DNA of 64,000 nucleotides, taken from positions 938 to 64,937 of the forward strand of contig JALOQK010000008.1 in the NCBI GenBank assembly GCA_025453395.1. Reading direction: 5' to 3'. The notes beneath the pieces are model-generated. The model ran no database searches. It was not told the DNA's origin and was given only the letters and a program-made list of their open reading frames with translations. Position 1 is the stretch's first letter; each line of letters begins with the position of its first letter. Source of the DNA: Candidatus Omnitrophota bacterium. GTDB taxonomy: Bacteria; Omnitrophota; Gorgyraeia; Gygaellales; Profunditerraquicolaceae. The translations under genes and the position numbers were made by a program. Below, piece by piece: positions 1 to 8,223 of this stretch.

Positions 1-43
<43 letters not shown>

Positions 44-330
44 AATCTTGCCGTAGGCAAGTTCACCTACGGTGAATCTCGTAAGAGAAAGTATAATGGC
101 TCTAAAACTACTTTTTGTTTTGTTTCCTTTTCCGCTTGGCTATAATTTAGAAAGAACGATAGATACACATCTATTTATGCGCCGCTTAGTGCTTCTCGCA
201 CACCTTGCCTTATTTGATGGCAAGTGTGCCGCGTATCAGCTTATAACACCCGGGCATAAATCACCTTGGCATAAATGATTGCCAAGTACGCCCTAGTGGG
301 CTGGATTGCCCGGTGTCGCGCATTCTGCGC

Positions 331-361
331 AACAAAAAAACGCCCCGTAAGTTACAGGGCG
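331..361 (-). terminator. Rho-independent terminator downstream of pilC, separating it from the rRNA leader
   Basis: Hairpin cgccccgtaagttacagggcg (7 bp stem, 1 mismatch) followed on the minus strand by a U7 tract (rc of aaaaaaa at 334-340). Confidence 0.45.
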
Positions 362-537
362 CTTGATTTTACGCCTTAACTTAAGTTAAAATTAAATTTC
401 AGATGATTTTGTCAATATCGCTTTTATTTATTCTCACGATATATTTGACCCGTGAAGATTTTAAATATACATCTTGCAGGGTAAGTAAATATAACAGAAC
501 ATGCTTTAATTGTCAAGAAATTTTTTTTATTTTTTTC

Positions 538-1743
538 TTACCTGTTTATCATCTCCGTAAGCTGGAATATCGGCATAAACAAAGCCACTACTATGCCTCC
601 TATAATCCCGCCTAAGAATACAATGACTAAAGGCTCTATCATGCTTGTAAGCCCTGATACCGCAACATCAACCTGCTCATCATAAAAATCAGCGATCTTA
701 GAAAGCATCTTTTCCAACTGCCCTGTTTGCTCTCCTACGCTTATCATGCGGCAGACCATCGCAGGAAAAATCTTACTTTTAGACAAAGGCTTATATATCG
801 GCTCTCCCTCGCGCACCGCGTTGCGGCAATTAAGGATAGTTTCTTCTATGACCTTATTTCCGGAAGTTGACGCTACTATATCTAAAGCATTCAGAACCGG
901 AACGCCGCTTTTCATTAAGGTGGCGAAGGTGCGCGAAAATTTGGCCACTCCTACTTTGCGAAAAAGCTCACCCGCTACCGGCAGCCTTAATTTTTGATAA
1001 TCAATATTATATCTACCGCGGACAGTGGCGGCATAACGTTTAAAAATAAACCCGGCAACAAAAAACCCTCCTATAACAATAGGGAACCATTTCTTGAAAA
1101 TATCGCTTATCCCCACCAATATCCTTGTTGGTAGCGGCAATGTTCCGCCAAGGCTGTCAAATATACCCTTAAAGGTAGGCACTACCTTTATTAATAACAA
1201 GGAAGTAATCGCAAAGGCAACTATTAAAACTACAACCGGATAAATCATACTGGAGCGCACCTTTCGGCTTAAAGAAGCTGCCTTCTCAAGGTAAGAAGCT
1301 AATCTATCCAAAACCTGATCCAACATACCGGAAGTTTCTCCTGCCTTGGCCATACTGACGAAAAGATCAGAAAATATATTAGGGTGTTTTGCCAAGGCAT
1401 CGCAAAAACTCATCCCGCCCTCTATATCCTGCTGCACGCTGGAAACAACATTTCTTAAGACTGGCTGTTCGATTTGTTCTGCCAATATATTTAAAGACTG
1501 CACCAGTGGAATACCTGCGTCAATCATGGTGGCTAATTGCCGAGAAAATATAACAATATCATCTATGCCGACCTTTCCTGTTTTCTTGCGCACAGAAACA
1601 GCTACCTTGGACTGTTCAATAGCTATAACAAACAACTCCTGCTTATGCAGGATTTCGCTTGCTTCGGTCTCGCTCTTGGCCTCAACTATTCCCTTAATGG
1701 TCTGCCCGCTTTTGCCTTTGGCAATATAATTAAAGGACAACAT
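538..1743 (-). CDS. pilC: Type IV pilus assembly / T2SS platform protein PilC (GspF family)
   Basis: 401 aa. Two GspF repeats with three TM segments. N-terminus MLSFNYIAKGKSGQTIKG...ASEILHKQEL is typical of PilC. Adjacent to PilB genes. Confidence 0.9.
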   Translation of the reverse strand: MLSFNYIAKGKSGQTIKGIVEAKSETEASEILHKQELFVIAIEQSKVAVSVRKKTGKVGIDDIVIFSRQLATMIDAGIPLVQSLNILAEQIEQPVLRNVVSSVQQDIEGGMSFCDALAKHPNIFSDLFVSMAKAGETSGMLDQVLDRLASYLEKAASLSRKVRSSMIYPVVVLIVAFAITSLLLIKVVPTFKGIFDSLGGTLPLPTRILVGISDIFKKWFPIVIGGFFVAGFIFKRYAATVRGRYNIDYQKLRLPVAGELFRKVGVAKFSRTFATLMKSGVPVLNALDIVASTSGNKVIEETILNCRNAVREGEPIYKPLSKSKIFPAMVCRMISVGEQTGQLEKMLSKIADFYDEQVDVAVSGLTSMIEPLVIVFLGGIIGGIVVALFMPIFQLTEMINR

Positions 1744-1762
1744 TTATATATTCCTCCTTGAT

Positions 1763-2824
1763 TTATTCCAAATTCTCCACAATATTCAGAAATGCGCTTA
1801 CTACCTGAGGATCGAATTGAATACCGCTGTTATTTTTTATTTCTGAAACAGCTTCTTCTTTTGTCAGAGGAACCTTACGGTACGAACGCGGCGAACGCAT
1901 AGCCTCGTAGGAGTCCGCCAGATTAATGATCCTTGAGCCCAAACAAATCTCTTCCCTCTTAAGCCCCTTCGGATAGCCAGACCCGTCATAATGTTCATGG
2001 TGTTGGCGGATAAGCTCAATAACTTCTTTCAAGAAAGTAAGCGGCTCTAAGATCTGCGCGGCGGTTGATGGATGACGGCGCATTTCCTGCCATTCTTCGG
2101 GTGTTAATTCCGAAGGCTTAATTAAAATACTATCCTGAATGCCCACTTTTCCTAAATCATGCAGCTCGCATGCCTCTCTTATCATTTCTATTTCCCTGGC
2201 CGGCAATTGCATTTCTTCGGCGATGCTAACCGCGTATTTGGAAACAAGCTGGGAGTGGCTGTGCGTATAATGATCACGAGCGTCTATTACCTGTGCCAGG
2301 ACTTTTATCGTGCGCAAATATGTTGCGCGCAAATCCTCATAAAGATGAGTCAAATTCCGCGCCGAATCTTCTATTCTGCTGGCTAAAAGCGCATTTTGTT
2401 TTTGCAAAGAATTATTTTGTTCCTGAAGATTATGCATGGACTTCCTGTGTGAAACAAGCATGGAATGTAATACAAAAGCCCTCTCAATGGAAAAAGAGGC
2501 TTTCTTATAATCTATGGGATTCTCTATACAATCAAATACCCCTAATGCCTGCAGATCATCCTGGGTAAAATTGACCGGGTTCTGGCTAAAAACTAAAATA
2601 CAGCAATCCGGATCATTCTTCCTTATCTCTTTTAAAAACCAATCAAAAACAGGAATATCCTCATTGACAATCACCACATCAAAAGCGTTATCTTTGAATT
2701 TTTCCAAAGCCAGTCCGATATCGCTTTCAAGATAAACCATCCAGCCTTCCTGATCTTTCTGTTTTTCTTTAAGCCGCGCCATCAAGGAATCGTTATTATC
2801 AACACCTACTACTAATATCTTCAT
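1763..2824 (-). CDS. Response regulator with HD-GYP c-di-GMP phosphodiesterase domain
   Basis: N-terminal CheY-like receiver (MKILVVGVD...). C-terminal HD motif (ELHDLGKVGI) and HHEHYDGSGYPKGL GYP motif. Confidence 0.85.
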   Translation of the reverse strand: MKILVVGVDNNDSLMARLKEKQKDQEGWMVYLESDIGLALEKFKDNAFDVVIVNEDIPVFDWFLKEIRKNDPDCCILVFSQNPVNFTQDDLQALGVFDCIENPIDYKKASFSIERAFVLHSMLVSHRKSMHNLQEQNNSLQKQNALLASRIEDSARNLTHLYEDLRATYLRTIKVLAQVIDARDHYTHSHSQLVSKYAVSIAEEMQLPAREIEMIREACELHDLGKVGIQDSILIKPSELTPEEWQEMRRHPSTAAQILEPLTFLKEVIELIRQHHEHYDGSGYPKGLKREEICLGSRIINLADSYEAMRSPRSYRKVPLTKEEAVSEIKNNSGIQFDPQVVSAFLNIVENLE

Positions 2825-2834
2825 TTTTTGTATC

Positions 2835-4550
2835 CTATTCCTCAGTAGTGATCCTGACCGCCTCTTCCAAAGAAGTAACCCCGTCTCTTACTTTTATAAA
2901 AGCATCATCTCGGAGGGTAAGCATCCCACAATTTTTTATGCAATAATCTTTGATTTCATCAATAGAGCGCTTTTTGGTAATCATCTCTCTTATCTTATCA
3001 TCAATAAGAGAAGTCTCCAGGATTGCTATTCTACCATAAAAACCCGTGTCATTACAATACTTACACCCATAGGAATTATACACCGGCATTCTTTCATCAA
3101 GGCCTAAGTTGCGCAAAACATCTTTGGGCACATCTATCTGTTTGCGGCACTTAAGACACAGTTTTCTGCACAGTCTCTGAGCGCACAACATCACCAGGCT
3201 TGATGAGACTAAAAACGGCTCAACCCCCATATCCAAAAGGCGGCTTATGCTTGATATCGCATCGTTTGTATGCAGCGTTGATAAAACAAGCTGTCCTGTA
3301 AGAGCGGCCTTAATGGCAATATCCGCGGTTTCAAAATCGCGGATCTCCCCGATCATGATTACATCCGGGCTCTGCCTTAATATCGCGCGCAATCCCGAAG
3401 CAAAATCAAGTTTAATCTCATGCCTGACCTGCACCTGCGTGATGCCTTCAATCTGATACTCTACGGGATCCTCAACTGTTACAATATTTTTCTCAGGGGT
3501 ATTTAACTGGTTTAAAACGGAATATAAAGTCGTGGATTTTCCTGAACCCGTGGGGCCGGTAACTAAGATCATGCCAAAAGGCTTGGCAATGGCTTGCTTA
3601 AAAACCTGGGTCGGCCTCTCTGAGAATCCAAGCTTATCCAAACCTATGGAAAGATTGGTCTTATCAAGCGCGCGCAAAACAAATTTTTGCCCGAAAGTAG
3701 TAGGCAGGCTTGAAACACGAAAATCTACTTCCCTGTTTTCAAAACGCACCTTGAACCTGCCATCTTGAGGGATACGGCTTTCGGTAATATCAAGATTCGA
3801 TATAATCTTAAGCCGCGCCAAGACCGCGTTCTGGTTATTCCGAGGGATTTTAAACGCCTCCAATAAAGACCCGTCTATGCGGTAACGCACTCTCAAGCAA
3901 TCGTATTCCGGCTCTAAATGAATGTCTGAAGCCCTGCGGCGCAATGCTTCGCTGAGCATTAAATCCACCATTTTGACAATCGGCGGCTTCTGGCTGTCTT
4001 TAACCGCGCTTGATAATTCTATCTGCTCGCTTCCGATCATCTCTACTGAGTCTTTGGCGTCTTGCGACATGGCTTCGCCAACAGTTTCATTAAAGATATT
4101 CTGGAAACTGGCGGGCTTAGGGGCATAATGAGCGTCGATGGCGTGGACAATTTCTTCTCTGGGGCTTAAGACTATATCAATATCACAACCAGTGCATGAT
4201 TTTAAATCATCCAAGGCAAAAACATTTAACGGATCGGCAATGGCCACGGTCAGGGTATTGCCTATGCGCGACAATGGGACAATCAAAGACTGCCTGGCCA
4301 TATGTTCAGGTATCAACTGTACAATATTAGGGTCAAATTTATATTTAGCTAAATGAAGCGTAGGCACATAAAGGTGCTGTGAAAAAACCGCCAATAGATC
4401 CTCTTCTGAAATAAATCCCTCGTCGATTAAGACTTTACGCAAAGAAGCCTGTTTTGTTTTCTGAATAGCCAAGGCCTTATCCAATTGCTCTTGGCTTAAA
4501 AGCTTGTTGGTAAGTAAAATATTGATAATATTATCTTTCAGCGTGGGCAT
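2835..4550 (-). CDS. pilB: Type IV pilus assembly ATPase PilB (GspE family) with MshEN-type N-domain
   Basis: 571 aa. T2SSE_N domain with both 24-aa MshEN motifs (LLSQEQLDKALAIQ / SLRKVLIDEGFISEEDLLAVFSQ). Walker A GPTGSGKST, Asp and His boxes, C-terminal tetracysteine CxxC...CxxC. Confidence 0.9.
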   Translation of the reverse strand: MPTLKDNIINILLTNKLLSQEQLDKALAIQKTKQASLRKVLIDEGFISEEDLLAVFSQHLYVPTLHLAKYKFDPNIVQLIPEHMARQSLIVPLSRIGNTLTVAIADPLNVFALDDLKSCTGCDIDIVLSPREEIVHAIDAHYAPKPASFQNIFNETVGEAMSQDAKDSVEMIGSEQIELSSAVKDSQKPPIVKMVDLMLSEALRRRASDIHLEPEYDCLRVRYRIDGSLLEAFKIPRNNQNAVLARLKIISNLDITESRIPQDGRFKVRFENREVDFRVSSLPTTFGQKFVLRALDKTNLSIGLDKLGFSERPTQVFKQAIAKPFGMILVTGPTGSGKSTTLYSVLNQLNTPEKNIVTVEDPVEYQIEGITQVQVRHEIKLDFASGLRAILRQSPDVIMIGEIRDFETADIAIKAALTGQLVLSTLHTNDAISSISRLLDMGVEPFLVSSSLVMLCAQRLCRKLCLKCRKQIDVPKDVLRNLGLDERMPVYNSYGCKYCNDTGFYGRIAILETSLIDDKIREMITKKRSIDEIKDYCIKNCGMLTLRDDAFIKVRDGVTSLEEAVRITTEE

Positions 4551-4554
4551 TTTA

Positions 4555-6261
4555 TTATTCGTCAGCTACGGTAACCCTGACAACCTCTTCAATAGTAGTA
4601 AGCCCTCTTAGGGCTGAGTCTATGCCTTCTTCGCGTAAAGTCCTCATCCCCTCTTTCCTGGCTTGATCTTTAATCTGATATTCTTGAGCATGAGAAAGGA
4701 TCATATCCCGTATTTTAACGCTTAAGATAATGACTTCCGCGATAGCAACTCTGCCGCTATAACCAGTATTAAAACATAACGGACATTTCTTGGGGCGGTA
4801 AAATTCACTTTTACTTTTATCTAATTTTAATGCCTCTGCTATTTCCGGGCTTAATGTATATTTTTCTTTACAGTTGGAACAGATCTTACGCACCAACCTT
4901 TGCGCCACAATACCCACCACCGCCGAATTAATCAAGAATGGCTCTACTCCCATATTGATCAGGCGCACAATTGATCCAGCCGCAGTAGTAGTATGCAAAG
5001 TAGAAATAACCAAGTGCCCGGTCAAGGCGCTTTTTATGGCGATGTCCACTGTCTCATAATCACGGATCTCGCCGATCATGATAATGTTAGGGTCTTGCCT
5101 GAGGATTGCGCGCAGGGAACTGGCGAAAGTAAGGCCAATGTCGGGCTTAATGGTCACCTGATTTATCCCATCGAGCTGAAACTCAACCGGATCCTCAACA
5201 GTAACAATGTTTTTATGCGGATCATCCACAAATTTAAGTATGGAATAAAGAGTGGTAGTTTTTCCGCTTCCCGTGGGCCCGGTGACCAAAAACATTCCAT
5301 GCGGCATCTTTGAAGCTTGTTGGATCTTAGTAACATTATTATCAGAAAATCCCAATTTTGCTAAATCCAAGTTGGCTTGGGATTTATCAAGGATACGCAA
5401 TGCCACTTTCTCGCCAAAGCTTGAAGGAATAATGGAAACACGAAAATCTATTTCTCTTCCTGATATGCGCGCCTTAAAACGTCCATCCTGCGGCAGGCGG
5501 TGCTCAGCGATATTAAGATCTGACATGACCTTAACGCGTGAGACTATGGAAGCATGCATGTTAGCCGGGGGCGACTGTTGTTCCTGAAGAACACCGTCAA
5601 TACGAAAACGGACGCGCATTTTCTTGTCCCAAGGCTCGATCAAAATATCTGAAGATTTCTTCTTAACAGCGTCTTCAAGGATAAGATTGGTTACTCTTAT
5701 AACCGGCACTTCGCGGCTGACCCGGGTTAACTCCTGTTCGCTGGGTTGGTTTTCTTTCTCCTCTTTAATAAGTTCAATCCCGGGGACATTTATCTCCTTG
5801 ACCAAATCCTCCATCTCGTCTTTTGTAACATTGGGATAATACAGCTCTATAGCGGCAATAATATCCTGCATCCCGGAAATAATAGGATTAATATTATACC
5901 CGGTCAGGGATTTTACATGGTCAATAGCAAAAATATTCAAAGGATCAACCATAGCCAAAGTAATAGTCTGGCCTATTTTAGAAACGGCTATGATCTGATA
6001 ATGACGGGCGATTTCTACGGGGATTATTCTAGCTGTAGCGGGATCGATCTTAAAACGTTTTAAATCAATAAGCGGCAGGCCCAACCCCTGGCTTAGGATA
6101 GAAACCAAATCCTGTTCCTTGATAAAACCTAAAGAGACAACAATATCGCTTAAGCGGCCTGCCTTTTCCTTCTGGATAGCAATAGCCTTATCCAATTGCT
6201 CGGAAGACAAAAGCTTACTATTAACCAACACTTCTTTAAGACGGTCCTTTAAGGAAAGCAT
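4555..6261 (-). CDS. Second PilB/GspE-family ATPase (tandem paralog) with MshEN-type N-domain
   Basis: 568 aa. MshEN motifs (LKEVLVNSKLLSSEQLDKAIAIQ / RLSDIVVSLGFIKEQDLVSILSQ). Walker A GPTGSGKTT. C-terminal CSNCK...CPLCFNTG zinc motif. Confidence 0.9.
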   Translation of the reverse strand: MLSLKDRLKEVLVNSKLLSSEQLDKAIAIQKEKAGRLSDIVVSLGFIKEQDLVSILSQGLGLPLIDLKRFKIDPATARIIPVEIARHYQIIAVSKIGQTITLAMVDPLNIFAIDHVKSLTGYNINPIISGMQDIIAAIELYYPNVTKDEMEDLVKEINVPGIELIKEEKENQPSEQELTRVSREVPVIRVTNLILEDAVKKKSSDILIEPWDKKMRVRFRIDGVLQEQQSPPANMHASIVSRVKVMSDLNIAEHRLPQDGRFKARISGREIDFRVSIIPSSFGEKVALRILDKSQANLDLAKLGFSDNNVTKIQQASKMPHGMFLVTGPTGSGKTTTLYSILKFVDDPHKNIVTVEDPVEFQLDGINQVTIKPDIGLTFASSLRAILRQDPNIIMIGEIRDYETVDIAIKSALTGHLVISTLHTTTAAGSIVRLINMGVEPFLINSAVVGIVAQRLVRKICSNCKEKYTLSPEIAEALKLDKSKSEFYRPKKCPLCFNTGYSGRVAIAEVIILSVKIRDMILSHAQEYQIKDQARKEGMRTLREEGIDSALRGLTTIEEVVRVTVADE

Positions 6262-6293
6262 CGGCTTTTTAGCGTCATACTTTTCAAAGTTAT

Positions 6294-6737
6294 TTATTCA
6301 CTGTAATATTTGGAAATGGCCTGTTTTATATCTGAAGAAGTAGAAACAAAGGTCTGGATATTGCATCCGGTCAGCATTTCCACATCCTCGATAGCGTGGA
6401 CATTCAAAGGATTAGACATGGCTAAGGTCAAATTATTGCCTATTTTGTCTATCGGGATAAGCACGTATTGCTTGGCAACCCGGCACGGAACAATATTGGC
6501 TACATCAGAGCTTATTTCATAATTACCAAGCGGCAAATACGGAAAACCATACTGCGCGGTTAAGGATTGGGCGATATCTTCTTCCTTGGCAAACCCCAGC
6601 TCCACCATGATCTCTCCGATAAGGCCGCCTCTTTCTTTCTGGCAGTTCAACGCCTTATCAAGCTGGTCTGCGGATACAAGCCCGCGGTCCACCAACAATT
6701 CACCTAATTGCTTATTAATTATTCTTTTTATCGGCAT
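6294..6737 (-). CDS. Stand-alone MshEN (T2SSE_N) domain protein, putative c-di-GMP receptor
   Basis: 147 aa. Both tandem 24-residue MshEN motifs with a 5-aa spacer: QLGELLVDRGLVSADQLDKALNCQ-KERGG-LIGEIMVELGFAKEEDIAQSLTAQ. No ATPase domain. Confidence 0.75.
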   Translation of the reverse strand: MPIKRIINKQLGELLVDRGLVSADQLDKALNCQKERGGLIGEIMVELGFAKEEDIAQSLTAQYGFPYLPLGNYEISSDVANIVPCRVAKQYVLIPIDKIGNNLTLAMSNPLNVHAIEDVEMLTGCNIQTFVSTSSDIKQAISKYYSE

Positions 6738-6740
6738 AAT

Positions 6741-8162
6741 CTAAATAGAAATCCTATTTCCCCCTTGGGCCTTGGCCATTTTTAAAGATTCCCTTGCCTT
6801 TAAGAAAAGCTCATCCGAGCTTACTCCGTCAATGGGGTTTTCGCTTACCGCCCCGCTTATAGTCAGATGCATATCTTGCGCTTGGGGATTACCTAAGGAA
6901 ACTTCTACCTTCTTTCTTACTTCTTCAGCCATGCGTATGGAAGCGCGCTTATTCTTATCTTGAAGCACTACAGCGAATTCGTTATCGCCTGTGCGCGCCG
7001 CGCGGTCAGACTCTGAAATAAAATCCCGGATTATGTTGGCTGTTTTCTTCAAAGCCGCTTCCGTCTGCAAAGCCCCTAATTTATGGCTATAATTCTGAAA
7101 ATTATCTATATTAAATATAACTAAAGAACACGGTTTCTGATAAACAATAGCCCTTTTGATTTCTTCTTGAAGACGGCTTTTAATAAAACTTTCATTATAC
7201 AAGCCGGTAAGGTTGTCTTTAATCTCAAGCTCATCCACCCAACCGGAAAGCATATCATTTTCAACCGCGATAGAAAGCTGCTTGGCAAAAATATCCAGTA
7301 ATTCCACATCTTCTTCATGATAACAAAAATCTTCCCTGTTATTTCCAATTACAAGAATACTGCTTAACGAACCTCTGACAAAAATCGGCAGGCTTAAAAA
7401 ATTCTTCAGCCTAAATCTTTCATAAATAAGTTCGCGGTCTTTTTCCTGGATATAATTGGCTTTATCTACTGTAAGCGGCCTTGTTAAATTGGAGATTTTC
7501 GGAAAAATATCATCGCCCTTGATTACTTTTACCTTAGAAAGATACTGGGCATTAGCTCCATCAACAGCCTTCATGAAAAAATCACCATTGTCGGACTCAC
7601 GCGACAAAATAAAAGCAACATCAGAGTTTGCCAAGGTGCGGGCTTTCTGCACCGAAAGAAGCAATATCTCTTCAAGCTTTAAACCTTGCGAAACAAGCGA
7701 ACTTATCTGAAGAAGGCTGGAAAGCACAAGCACTCTTTTCTGTATTTCCAGATTTATCTTGGTAGTTCTTTCGCTATATCCCTTAAGCTCATCCATATTG
7801 CTGCGGATCTTAGAAGTAAGCTGATTTAAAGCATCCCCCAGGTATCCTACTTCATCACCTTTGCTGGTCTTAACGATATGCTGAAAATCCCCCTTGGCGA
7901 TAATCCGGGCTTGAGCGCTTATTGAAGAAACTCTGTCAAAGACCTCTTTAATGATAAAAAACCCCGTAACAGCTACAATAACACTTATTGTCAATACCCA
8001 CATAATCTGTGGACTTACCGTTAAATTGGTGCTAGGAAGAAAATAATTCATAATAACATAACCTAACACCAAAAAAGGCAATACAAGCATAAGATAAAAG
8101 ACCATCCTCAGCTTGTATTTAAGATTGCCCGGACTTAAAAGGACATTTATCTGTTTATTCAT
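6741..8162 (-). CDS. Membrane sensor with HAMP-GAF and a degenerate GGDEF domain
   Basis: 473 aa. Two N-terminal TM helices and a HAMP-like linker. GGDEF-fold C-terminus in which GG(D/E)EF is replaced by GDNEF (RAARTGDNEFAVVL) and the upstream DxD by NIDNF. Confidence 0.8.
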   Translation of the reverse strand: MNKQINVLLSPGNLKYKLRMVFYLMLVLPFLVLGYVIMNYFLPSTNLTVSPQIMWVLTISVIVAVTGFFIIKEVFDRVSSISAQARIIAKGDFQHIVKTSKGDEVGYLGDALNQLTSKIRSNMDELKGYSERTTKINLEIQKRVLVLSSLLQISSLVSQGLKLEEILLLSVQKARTLANSDVAFILSRESDNGDFFMKAVDGANAQYLSKVKVIKGDDIFPKISNLTRPLTVDKANYIQEKDRELIYERFRLKNFLSLPIFVRGSLSSILVIGNNREDFCYHEEDVELLDIFAKQLSIAVENDMLSGWVDELEIKDNLTGLYNESFIKSRLQEEIKRAIVYQKPCSLVIFNIDNFQNYSHKLGALQTEAALKKTANIIRDFISESDRAARTGDNEFAVVLQDKNKRASIRMAEEVRKKVEVSLGNPQAQDMHLTISGAVSENPIDGVSSDELFLKARESLKMAKAQGGNRISI

Positions 8163-8188
8163 AAAAAGTCCTTTTTAACATGTTAATT

Positions 8189-8217
8189 ATTATACCTTGT
8201 ATCTTATTATATTGCAA
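8189..8217 (-). promoter_or_regulatory. Sigma70-type promoter for the GGDEF-like gene
   Basis: Minus strand reads TTGCAA-N17-TATAAT (rc of 8212-8217 and 8189-8194), about 25 nt upstream of the ATG at 8162. Confidence 0.4.
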
Positions 8218-8223
8218 TATATT

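Noticed and set aside
72-615. Small plus-strand ORFs (72-278, 403-615) in the 16S leader / pilC 3' region.
   Set aside because: They overlap the rRNA leader and the terminator and have no Shine-Dalgarno or conserved motifs. The region is better explained as rRNA operon regulatory DNA.
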